Shown here one piece after another: positions 28,522 to 35,795 of a stretch of DNA of 64,000 nt. Source of the DNA: Bacilli bacterium. Its GTDB lineage: Bacteria; Bacillota_I; Bacilli_A; RFN20; CAG-826. The stretch covers positions 55,647 to 119,646 of the forward strand of contig JAILIP010000009.1 in assembly GCA_024695235.1 (NCBI GenBank), given 5' to 3'. Each line of letters begins with the position of its first letter. The stretch's first letter is position 1. The position numbers and the translations under genes were made by a program. Under the pieces are notes generated by a model, which was not told where the DNA came from, did no database searches, and saw nothing but the letters and a program-made list of their open reading frames with translations.

Positions 28522-28645
28522 AGCAAAAAGCAAAACCACAGTGATGTGGCGACGCAAAACTAAAGGGTCTTAATTAAGATAGCCAGTTGCCTAGAGGTTC
28601 TTATTGAACGCCACTAAATGGATGATAGGTAGCTGGCTTTTAAAA
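28522..28645 (+). promoter_or_regulatory. c-di-GMP-I (GEMM-I)-like riboswitch 1, aptamer plus terminator-type expression platform
   Basis: GCAAAACCACA-GUGA-UGUGGCGACGCAAAACUAAAGGGUCUUAAUUAAGAUAGCCAGUUGCC (28530-28591) has these features: a GNRA-capped hairpin, a GACGCAAA junction, a second hairpin with a CUAAAG/GAUAGCC receptor-like loop, and an AGCCAG-UUGCC closing. The 3' half (28581-28593) can instead pair with 28626-28638 in a 13-bp stem followed by UUUU. Confidence 0.7.
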
Positions 28646-28700
28646 AGAAATCTCATTGGGACAATAATAATCTAATACTAAACACTGGAAAGATTTTCTT

Positions 28701-29480
28701 ATGGTCGATTTAAGCTTTATTAGGAAACGTAAAGCTAAGAAAATCGTTGCACTAGTTGGCGGGTTATGTGGCGCTGCAGTAGTAGTTGTATCTGCTGTTG
28801 CCCTTTTGGGCCAAAGAGCCGCACCTTTAACTGTCAAGCTTACTAACAGTGGTGCATCATTAGCATTATTCAAGTCTGAATTCGAAAACGATCGTAAATC
28901 ATTCTTACTCGCTACTGATAGCAAACCATATACTGAAATAAGCGAACCCGCTTTACGCGCATATGAGAGCGTACTAGACGTGGATGATTCAAAACCTCTC
29001 CTCACATCGGATGAGCAATCACTCCAATTCTATCAATACACTTTCTATCTCACGAATAGTGGCGCAAGTGCAGCTGATTACACATTCAGCTTAAACATTT
29101 CCTATCCACACAGATCCAGCTTTGACTTAGCTGATGTTTTGCGTGTGCGCTTTTATGAGAATGACGGAAACGATAAGTTGACTCATAACTACAAGACTTA
29201 TGCCAAACACTCGGATATATATAATGCCGAAACAGGTGAATATGAACCTGAACGCATTTCTGGTAGTCAAAGTGAATTTGCTGAGAAGTTTGAAAATGCA
29301 AACACAGTTCTCACTCAAAACGTATCCGCTTTCCCTGCAGGAGCAGTCACACGTTACACAGTTGTCGTGTGGATTGAAGGTGAAGACCCACAAAGTAAAG
29401 GTCCAGCTCCAGTGGACTCTGGTATTGCTCTAGGAGTAAACATTAGTGCCCATGAAGCAGAGGAGACACCTCTCGAATAA
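28701..29480 (+). CDS. N-terminally TM-anchored or secreted beta-rich protein, TasA/camelysin-like candidate (paralogue group, WIEGEDP motif)
   Basis: 259 aa. A basic N-terminus is followed by the TM helix IVALVGGLCGAAVVVVSAVALLG, but with no AW[FY] motif. LTNSGAS occurs twice, like the N-G-S strand motif recalled from TasA. The C-terminal VVVWIEGEDP resembles VFVEGWDEH and QYIEGWDRD in the next two ORFs. Confidence 0.45.
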   Translation: MVDLSFIRKRKAKKIVALVGGLCGAAVVVVSAVALLGQRAAPLTVKLTNSGASLALFKSEFENDRKSFLLATDSKPYTEISEPALRAYESVLDVDDSKPLLTSDEQSLQFYQYTFYLTNSGASAADYTFSLNISYPHRSSFDLADVLRVRFYENDGNDKLTHNYKTYAKHSDIYNAETGEYEPERISGSQSEFAEKFENANTVLTQNVSAFPAGAVTRYTVVVWIEGEDPQSKGPAPVDSGIALGVNISAHEAEETPLE

Positions 29481-30495
29481 ATTATCTGCAACGCTTGCAG
29501 CGTCTATATTAGCCGTAGCACTCACAGGAGTTACCTGTGGGACTTTTGCTTGGTTTACGTACGAGACGCGCGCAAAGATTGAAGAATTTCAAGGAATTAC
29601 TATTGGAGTCGGTGATTTGCAAGTGGGTATTCTGTCAGAAGCATATTTAGATAGAGCTGAAGAATATGGTTTGATTAGAGATGAAAGTAATCCTAACGAA
29701 ACAATTTACTGGTTTGATGGTCATACCATGGAGAATGAAACAATTAACTATGTTTTAAGTTCAAACGGTTATGCCACAAATGCTTTGCATCCAGTAACTT
29801 CGCGTAAATATGTGACTGGTGATCCTCTCACCCTATATGCTGCTCCTGATTTTAAACCCGAAGAAGATGCCAAAGCATCAAAAGATGGTAGAATATTCTT
29901 GCCGTTAGTTTTTAAATACGAAGACATCATTGATGATAGTTTGATTTCAAATGAAAACATATTCCTGTCTGATGTAAAACTTTCAACGCCAAGCAGCGAT
30001 AGTTACATCCACAGGGCAGTTCGTGTTCATACGGATAACAAAAATAACAATCGTCATTTGATTAACCCAACAACAAGCGAAGATGGTTCTACTGGTGTTG
30101 GTGGTGTCTTAGATTTAAATAAAGACGGTTTTTATGATACCGAGGTTACAGGTAGCGACCTCCGAGAACATGTATATGGGCAAGCCGAGTTCCAATACAA
30201 AACTGAAGTAGAAACAGAGGACACTTTTGTTCCTATTGAACAAAGAACAACATTCAAAGCCGGGCATCTAGCAGGTGCCTATTCACTTGAATCGTGTACT
30301 CCTGAAAAAGCAGAGTATGAAGGTTTTTATGGCTTTAGGAATAAACGCAAATGGGTTGCAACTACAAATCCAGAGACGAACAACTATGCTTATCTAGACC
30401 TATCTGTATTTGTTGAAGGATGGGATGAACACGTCATCGATTCTGAACGAGATTTACCATTTTCCATGGAGTTGAAATTTGAAGTAGTATTCTAA
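29446..30495 (+). CDS. Secreted protein with a SipW-cognate-like signal peptide (paralogue A, DxNxDG loop, EGWD motif)
   Basis: The GTG at 29446 lies 9 nt after AGGAG; an alternative ATG is at 29452. The N-terminus is ...LAVALTGVTCGTFAWFTYETRA. It has GGVLDLNKDGFYD and ends with FVEGWDEH...SMELKFEVVF. Confidence 0.55.
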   Translation: MPMKQRRHLSNKLSATLAASILAVALTGVTCGTFAWFTYETRAKIEEFQGITIGVGDLQVGILSEAYLDRAEEYGLIRDESNPNETIYWFDGHTMENETINYVLSSNGYATNALHPVTSRKYVTGDPLTLYAAPDFKPEEDAKASKDGRIFLPLVFKYEDIIDDSLISNENIFLSDVKLSTPSSDSYIHRAVRVHTDNKNNNRHLINPTTSEDGSTGVGGVLDLNKDGFYDTEVTGSDLREHVYGQAEFQYKTEVETEDTFVPIEQRTTFKAGHLAGAYSLESCTPEKAEYEGFYGFRNKRKWVATTNPETNNYAYLDLSVFVEGWDEHVIDSERDLPFSMELKFEVVF

Positions 30496-30496
30496 A

Positions 30497-31561
30497 ATGA
30501 ATAAAAAACGTTTAGCAGCATTTGGAATAGCAATAACGGGTGTGATGTTAGTAGCATCTGTGGCTTTTACTGTTGCTTGGTACAATGGTTCATCTAATTT
30601 AGCAGTCTATAACTTCGACATTTCTCTAGGTGACAAGAAACTTACTATTTCCACAGATAATGTGAATTTCAAAGAAAACTTAACTAGAGATGATGTCAAA
30701 GACGCTATCCCGGAAAAATACAGGCCTGTTAGCAGTGCCTTCTCCAATGAATGGATAAGTCAAAAAGCAACCCTTCCGCAATTTACATCTGGTTACAACT
30801 ACATACCAGAAAAGGTGAATATGACATCAATTGATGATGTCAACAACGCTGATGATGGTGTATTCAGAAAAGTGTTATATCTCAAAAGTGATTCTTATGC
30901 AAAAGTATCTTTAGATGCAGAGAAAACTTACATTAACGCAGATAATGATTCAAATGAAAGCATTTCAGGAAAACTCAAAAAGGTATATCCAAACTTAACC
31001 AAAGAACAAATTGTGGAACAACTTAACAAAATTGAGAATTCACTTCGCTTCTCAATCCTTGTCTTAAATGATGATGGAAAAGAAGTTGATGATAGTGAAT
31101 ATCAATACACGATCGTGGATCCACATAAAAATGGAACCACAAAATTAGGTGGCATCTTGGATGCAGATGGCGACGGTTATTACGATAACGTCAATGGTAA
31201 AGAAGTCATTTATGGCGAAGTTAAAAACGCAAATGATGGAACCATCTCATATAAGAATGCTGAAGCAAACGATGTAGGGGAATCAGAGAATTGTTTTGAT
31301 TCCAAACATAAAGCCGGCGTCCAAGCCTTAGATTTTGAATCTTCAGAATCAAAAGGTATGGAAATAGTCGAAGAACACTCTTTATCCTTAGAGGAACTTA
31401 GTCAGTTCACCTTTACACTTCAGGCTGATGTCTCTAAGAAGATAGTGTTGTCCCAATATATTGAGGGTTGGGATAGAGATAGTGATAATTACACAATGTT
31501 TTCCCGTTTTGTCACTAGTATTTGTTTCAAACTAGCAGACGGGGGGAATGGAGGCAACTAA
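30497..31561 (+). CDS. Secreted protein with a SipW-cognate-like signal peptide (paralogue B, DxDxDG loop, EGWD motif)
   Basis: MNKKRLAAFGIAITGVMLVASVAFTVAWYNGSS, with GGILDADGDGYYD and YIEGWDRDSDNY...ICFKLAD. Its length and motif order match the 29446 ORF. Confidence 0.55.
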   Translation: MNKKRLAAFGIAITGVMLVASVAFTVAWYNGSSNLAVYNFDISLGDKKLTISTDNVNFKENLTRDDVKDAIPEKYRPVSSAFSNEWISQKATLPQFTSGYNYIPEKVNMTSIDDVNNADDGVFRKVLYLKSDSYAKVSLDAEKTYINADNDSNESISGKLKKVYPNLTKEQIVEQLNKIENSLRFSILVLNDDGKEVDDSEYQYTIVDPHKNGTTKLGGILDADGDGYYDNVNGKEVIYGEVKNANDGTISYKNAEANDVGESENCFDSKHKAGVQALDFESSESKGMEIVEEHSLSLEELSQFTFTLQADVSKKIVLSQYIEGWDRDSDNYTMFSRFVTSICFKLADGGNGGN

Positions 31562-31564
31562 AAT

Positions 31565-33091
31565 ATGTCAGCATATTTTCAATATTTAGGTGCAATGATT
31601 GTGGAATTTTTCAAAAACTTTGGAGGATTTTTTGCCGCAGGGTGGAAACTACTTCCAAGCCAATTTGAAAGATATAACGCAATATATAAAGCCTATTCAC
31701 CAGACTTTGGTGCTGGTGGATGGATAATGTGGGTTATTTTCCTCATTGTCTTTATAGGTGCAATTGGAGCACTCGGATTTGGAATTTATCTACTTCTCCG
31801 CAAATACATTAAATTTGCTAAGAAAGAAATTGAGAAGGATGAACTTCAAAGACAAATTGGTAGACTCAATTACGAGTTATATCAAATCATGCAAGAAAGA
31901 GATCGTATCTTAGATATGAAAGTTAAATCTCTTGGCATTGATAAAAAGATTGGACCAGAAGGAGAAGGTGGAGAGCCATCTGAAGATGAGCAAACAATCG
32001 AGGAACTTCAATCTAGATTCCCTAAATTAACTCACGTTGATAATCTCTATCGTGGAAAAGATAACGAAATTCCAGAAGTTGAAGGTCTCACATTAAAAGA
32101 TCTTTGTGAAAACTTCCGTAACTTCGCAGCATCTCAACTTGGTCTATACTATACCATCACAACTATCAGACAATTATTTGCTGGTATCGGTGCTGGTAAA
32201 CTCGTCATTCTCGAAGGTATTTCTGGTACAGGTAAAACTTCCTTACCATATGCTTTAGGTAAATTCTTTGCTCATGATGCTGAAATCTGTTCAGTTCAAC
32301 CTAACTGGAAAGATAGATCTGAACTTCTTGGTTACTACAACGAATTTACTAAGAAATTTAATGAATCCGAATTCTTACGCGCGCTATATACTACTTTATA
32401 TAGAAGAGATTTAAATATCATCGTCCTCGATGAAATGAACCTTGCCCGTGTTGAATATTACTTTGCTGAATTCTTATCCGTTTTGGAAATGCCTAATCCA
32501 AATGAATGGAACATTGAACTTATCGGTTCACATGATGAAAACGATCCAAAACAATTCAAGAATGGCAAAATCAAAATCCCTCAAAACGTTATCTTCTTTG
32601 GAACAGCCAATAACGATGACTCAACCTTTACAATCTCCGATAAGGTTTACGACCGTGCTATTTGCTTGTTCTTCGATAACAAAGGTATTCCATTTGAAGC
32701 TCCATTCCAAGCTCCAATGGTTGTACCATATACACAAATGCAAAGACTATTTGATGAAGCTGACGCCAAATATCCTTGCAGTGAAGATACATTAATGAAA
32801 TTTGCTGAACTAGACGACTTCGTTATTAAGAAATTCCGTCTTGCATTCGGTAACCGTATCTTAAAACAACTCAAGAAATTCGTTCCATGCTTTGTTGCCT
32901 GCGGTGGAACAGAACTTGACGCAATTGACTTTATCTTTACAAACAAGATTCTTAAGAAGTTTGAATCCCTTAACATCGGATTCTTGAAAGTAGAGCTCAA
33001 AGAGCTCAATGCTATGCTTGATAGACTTTTCGGAGCCGATAATTTCCCAATGGCTCACAAGTTTGTCAATAACTTAATTAGAATGGCTTAA
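31565..33091 (+). CDS. Membrane-anchored McrB-like AAA+ (AAA_5/dynein-related clade) NTPase
   Basis: It has one TM segment (WIMWVIFLIVFIGAIGALGFGIYLLL) followed by a basic stretch and a coiled coil. The NTPase core has Walker A GISGTGKTS, SVQPNWKDRSELLGYYN, Walker B plus signature IIVLDEMNLARVEYYFAEFLSVLE, and FFGTANNDDSTFTISDKVYDRA. SD GGAGG lies upstream. Confidence 0.65.
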   Translation: MSAYFQYLGAMIVEFFKNFGGFFAAGWKLLPSQFERYNAIYKAYSPDFGAGGWIMWVIFLIVFIGAIGALGFGIYLLLRKYIKFAKKEIEKDELQRQIGRLNYELYQIMQERDRILDMKVKSLGIDKKIGPEGEGGEPSEDEQTIEELQSRFPKLTHVDNLYRGKDNEIPEVEGLTLKDLCENFRNFAASQLGLYYTITTIRQLFAGIGAGKLVILEGISGTGKTSLPYALGKFFAHDAEICSVQPNWKDRSELLGYYNEFTKKFNESEFLRALYTTLYRRDLNIIVLDEMNLARVEYYFAEFLSVLEMPNPNEWNIELIGSHDENDPKQFKNGKIKIPQNVIFFGTANNDDSTFTISDKVYDRAICLFFDNKGIPFEAPFQAPMVVPYTQMQRLFDEADAKYPCSEDTLMKFAELDDFVIKKFRLAFGNRILKQLKKFVPCFVACGGTELDAIDFIFTNKILKKFESLNIGFLKVELKELNAMLDRLFGADNFPMAHKFVNNLIRMA

Positions 33092-33095
33092 TTAA

Positions 33096-35021
33096 ATGGC
33101 TAAACAATCATCAAGCAAATATCGAAAATTAGAAAGAAGCTATGCTTCAAAATCTAAAAAACTTTATTCATCAAATGATGGTAAAGAACTTTTAGATATC
33201 ATTTCTAGTGGTCGCAATAAGTATTTAAGATTAGATCGATTTGAATCATCCGCGATGGATATGACATGGATTAAACAAATCGAAGATTGTATTGATCCTT
33301 TAGGTGATATTGTTAATAACCCTAAAAAGACAATCCAAACTCTTACAGAGGTTGTACAAGTTGAGAAAGTCAAAAAGATTGGCATTGAAACAGTTCAACA
33401 TCTTTCAAGTCACACCCAATTTATTAAGACGATTGATGAAAATGGTGATGTCACTCCATCAAAACTTCTCAACGTCTACAATGATGACTTCTATGCGATT
33501 TATGAAAATAGATTCATTGCAACATTAATTCGCCATCTATTGATATTTGTTGAAAAACGTTATCAATTCGTTTTGCAAAACGCTACTCTATCTGACGTTG
33601 GAGTTCTTTATATGAAGAACCATACTGAACACGATGGAGCAGTCATCGATATTGAAACAAAAGTAAGATATTCACGTCCTGCTGAAGCAGTTGCTATTGA
33701 TAAACTAAAAGGATATCTCAAACGTATCGAAGATATTCGTAAATATCTAAAGTTCTATGCGAACACAGAATTTATGAAGATTCTCCGTCGTGAAAGAGAC
33801 GTCCGTAACCCAATCTTGCAGACAAACATTATTCGTAAGAACCCTAAGTATCATAAATGTTACTTACTCTGGCTATTTATCAATCGCTTTAAAGAAGCAG
33901 GAATTGAAGTTAAAGTCGAAGAAAACTATTCAGAACTTTCTGAAGAACAAATTCGTGAGATCAACGAAACTATGTGTTCATCGTTCCTCCTATTAAGAGG
34001 AAAAGACATGTCTCCTAGAACTGAAAAGTCCAAGAAGGCATATAAACCAGTCTTCATGAAGACATACGATGATGAAATCTATAAACCAATGGACTACAAA
34101 GGTCCAATTGAATATATCCGTGTTGATGATAAGTATCGCGAATACTCTGAATCTTTACATGTGGTTGAACCACACCCAACCAAGCAACGAAAAGCATACG
34201 ACAAAGAAAAATATGACGACAATAAAGCTCGTCGTGTTAAGAAAGCAGAGGTCGATGCTTTGCTAAAACGTAAAGAAAAAGAAAAAGCTATATATGAAGA
34301 GAACGAGAAACTTGCACTCGAACGCGAGATTGCGCGTGATAAATATGTAGAAGAAAAAGCAGAACAAGAAATCCGTGAAGAAGCTATTGCTAAAGTTGAA
34401 AAAGCACGTGAAAAACTTGTTGGTAAAGCTAATAAGGCTAAACCTGCTCCTAAGAAGAAAGTAGTAGAAAAGAAACAACCTAAGAAAGCTCCTGCCAAGA
34501 AGGCCGAACCTAAAAAGAAACCAGTCAAGAAGGCTGAGCCAAAGAAACAGCCTGTTGAAAAAGCAGAACCTAAGAAGGAAAAACCGGCTAAAAAAGTTGA
34601 GAAAAAAGTCGAAAAGAAGCCTGTTAAGAAGGTAGAGAAAAAGGTTGAACTAAAACCTGCTAAGAAGCCAGTTGTTCAAAAGAAAGAATCTAAACCAAAA
34701 GAGGCTCCTAAAAAAGCACCGGTAAAGAAGGAAACACCTAAAAAGGTGGCTAAACCAAAACCAGCGCCTAAAAAAGAAGAGCCAAAGAAGGTTGAAGAAC
34801 CAAAACCTAAGGTAGAAAAACCTGTTGAAGCTAAACCAGTTGAACCTGTCAAAGTGGTGGAACCTCCAAAAGAGGAAAAACCAGTTGAACAACCTAAACC
34901 GGTAGAAGCTCCGAAGGTTGAGCCAAAACCTGCTCCAAAGAAAGCTCCTAAACCAAAAGCGAAGAAAGAAAAACCTGAAACTTTCGCTAAGCTTTCATCA
35001 TTTAGAAGCAAGATTAAATAA
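33096..35021 (+). CDS. McrC/DUF2357-like partner protein lacking an obvious nuclease domain, with a coiled coil and a Lys/Pro-rich tail
   Basis: 641 aa with no TM segment. The central segment YAIYENRFIATLIRHLLIFVEKRY...NPKYHKCYLLWLFINRF resembles the ENRF-type core recalled from McrC-family partners of McrB-like NTPases. It is translationally coupled to the AAA+ gene (4-nt gap). The C-terminal approximately 230 aa are low complexity. Confidence 0.45.
   Translation: MAKQSSSKYRKLERSYASKSKKLYSSNDGKELLDIISSGRNKYLRLDRFESSAMDMTWIKQIEDCIDPLGDIVNNPKKTIQTLTEVVQVEKVKKIGIETVQHLSSHTQFIKTIDENGDVTPSKLLNVYNDDFYAIYENRFIATLIRHLLIFVEKRYQFVLQNATLSDVGVLYMKNHTEHDGAVIDIETKVRYSRPAEAVAIDKLKGYLKRIEDIRKYLKFYANTEFMKILRRERDVRNPILQTNIIRKNPKYHKCYLLWLFINRFKEAGIEVKVEENYSELSEEQIREINETMCSSFLLLRGKDMSPRTEKSKKAYKPVFMKTYDDEIYKPMDYKGPIEYIRVDDKYREYSESLHVVEPHPTKQRKAYDKEKYDDNKARRVKKAEVDALLKRKEKEKAIYEENEKLALEREIARDKYVEEKAEQEIREEAIAKVEKAREKLVGKANKAKPAPKKKVVEKKQPKKAPAKKAEPKKKPVKKAEPKKQPVEKAEPKKEKPAKKVEKKVEKKPVKKVEKKVELKPAKKPVVQKKESKPKEAPKKAPVKKETPKKVAKPKPAPKKEEPKKVEEPKPKVEKPVEAKPVEPVKVVEPPKEEKPVEQPKPVEAPKVEPKPAPKKAPKPKAKKEKPETFAKLSSFRSKIK
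34435..34980 (+). repeat. Lys/Pro/Glu/Val-rich low-complexity coding repeats (imperfect KKxEPKK / PKxxEKPVE units)
   Basis: The translated tail reads KPAPKKKVVEKKQPKKAPAKKAEPKKKPVKKAEPKKQPVEKAEPKKEKPAKKVEKKVEKKPVKKVEKKVELKPAKKP...EPKPKVEKPVEAKPVEPVKVVEPPKEEKPVEQPKPVEAPKVEPKPAPKKAPKPKAKK. The spurious antisense ORFs at 34094-35011 are by-products of this composition. Confidence 0.85.
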
Positions 35022-35026
35022 ATTAT

Positions 35027-35794
35027 ATGAGTGAGGAAAAATTAGAAGTAGTCGATAAACCAAAAAAAGACAAAAGCAAAGGTAAGAAGATTAAATCCAT
35101 TGTTGAATGGACCATTATTGGAATCTTCATTAGTGCTGCGTTAGTCTTGGTAGGTTTTAAGATTTACTCAAGCAAGACAAACAAGTCAATGTTTGGTTCA
35201 CAATATCCAGTCGTTCTTACTGACTCAATGGAACCAGACTACAAGGTTAAAGACGTATTGGTAGTAAAAGAAGTTGATCCCGCAGTACTTAAAGAAGGCG
35301 ATGATGTTACCTTCTATTGGGATTTAACTGGTAAAGGTGATGTTTATCCGATGACCCATAGGGTCAAGTCCATTGAATACTTCGCAAATGCCGAAGAAAA
35401 CGATGGATATCACTATACAATCATCACTCATGGTATCAATACCAAATCAAACCAATGTGGTAAGCCTGAAGGATGCGACATGACGTGGCAAACTCAAACA
35501 TTTCACGAAGATGCCCTCATTGGAAAAGTGGTTAGAAAAAGTTGGTTCTTGAAATTTGTTACTTCTGTTTGGGGATTGATTCTTTTAATTCTTCTGCCGT
35601 GTCTATACATCATGACTACAACTGTTGTAGATGCGTTCAAGAAGCTTGAAGAAGCCGATAAAGAAGCAGAACTTACTACTGTGGGCGTTGGAGAAAAACC
35701 AGATAATGATCCACTTGCAGGACTATCTGAAAATGATATTGAAGCCCTTAAGAAACAGATGCTTGATGAGATGTTAAATAAAGGAAAGAAATAG
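35027..35794 (+). CDS. SipW-like (archaeal/ER-type, S26B) signal peptidase I
   Basis: It has an N-terminal TM segment, the catalytic Ser box VVLTDSMEP, the His box PMTHRV, and a C-terminal TM segment (VWGLILLILLPCLYIMTTTVV). This is the same architecture as B. subtilis SipW as recalled (LSGSMEP/THRI), plus N- and C-terminal charged extensions. Confidence 0.75.
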   Translation: MSEEKLEVVDKPKKDKSKGKKIKSIVEWTIIGIFISAALVLVGFKIYSSKTNKSMFGSQYPVVLTDSMEPDYKVKDVLVVKEVDPAVLKEGDDVTFYWDLTGKGDVYPMTHRVKSIEYFANAEENDGYHYTIITHGINTKSNQCGKPEGCDMTWQTQTFHEDALIGKVVRKSWFLKFVTSVWGLILLILLPCLYIMTTTVVDAFKKLEEADKEAELTTVGVGEKPDNDPLAGLSENDIEALKKQMLDEMLNKGKK

Positions 35795-35795
35795 T

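Noticed and set aside
28640-29005. 121-aa minus-strand ORF opposite the start of the 28701 gene
   Set aside because: It lies entirely antisense to a gene with a clear TM helix and paralogue support. Its composition mirrors the sense strand, and it has no independent signals.
34094-35011. Several minus-strand ORFs (144, 71, 80 and 111 aa) rich in F/L/G/S
   Set aside because: They are the reverse complement of the Lys/Pro/Glu-rich repeat of the 33096 gene. AAG/AAA/GAA/CCT codons read antisense give stop-free Phe/Leu/Gly/Ser tracts.
31565-35021. Calling the AAA+/partner pair a conventional McrBC type IV restriction system
   Set aside because: The NTPase has a TM anchor where the DNA-binding reader domain should be. 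The partner shows no clear PD-(D/E)xK nuclease block. The pair is embedded in, and translationally coupled to, a surface-fibre operon. It is kept as an open question in the findings rather than annotated as restriction.
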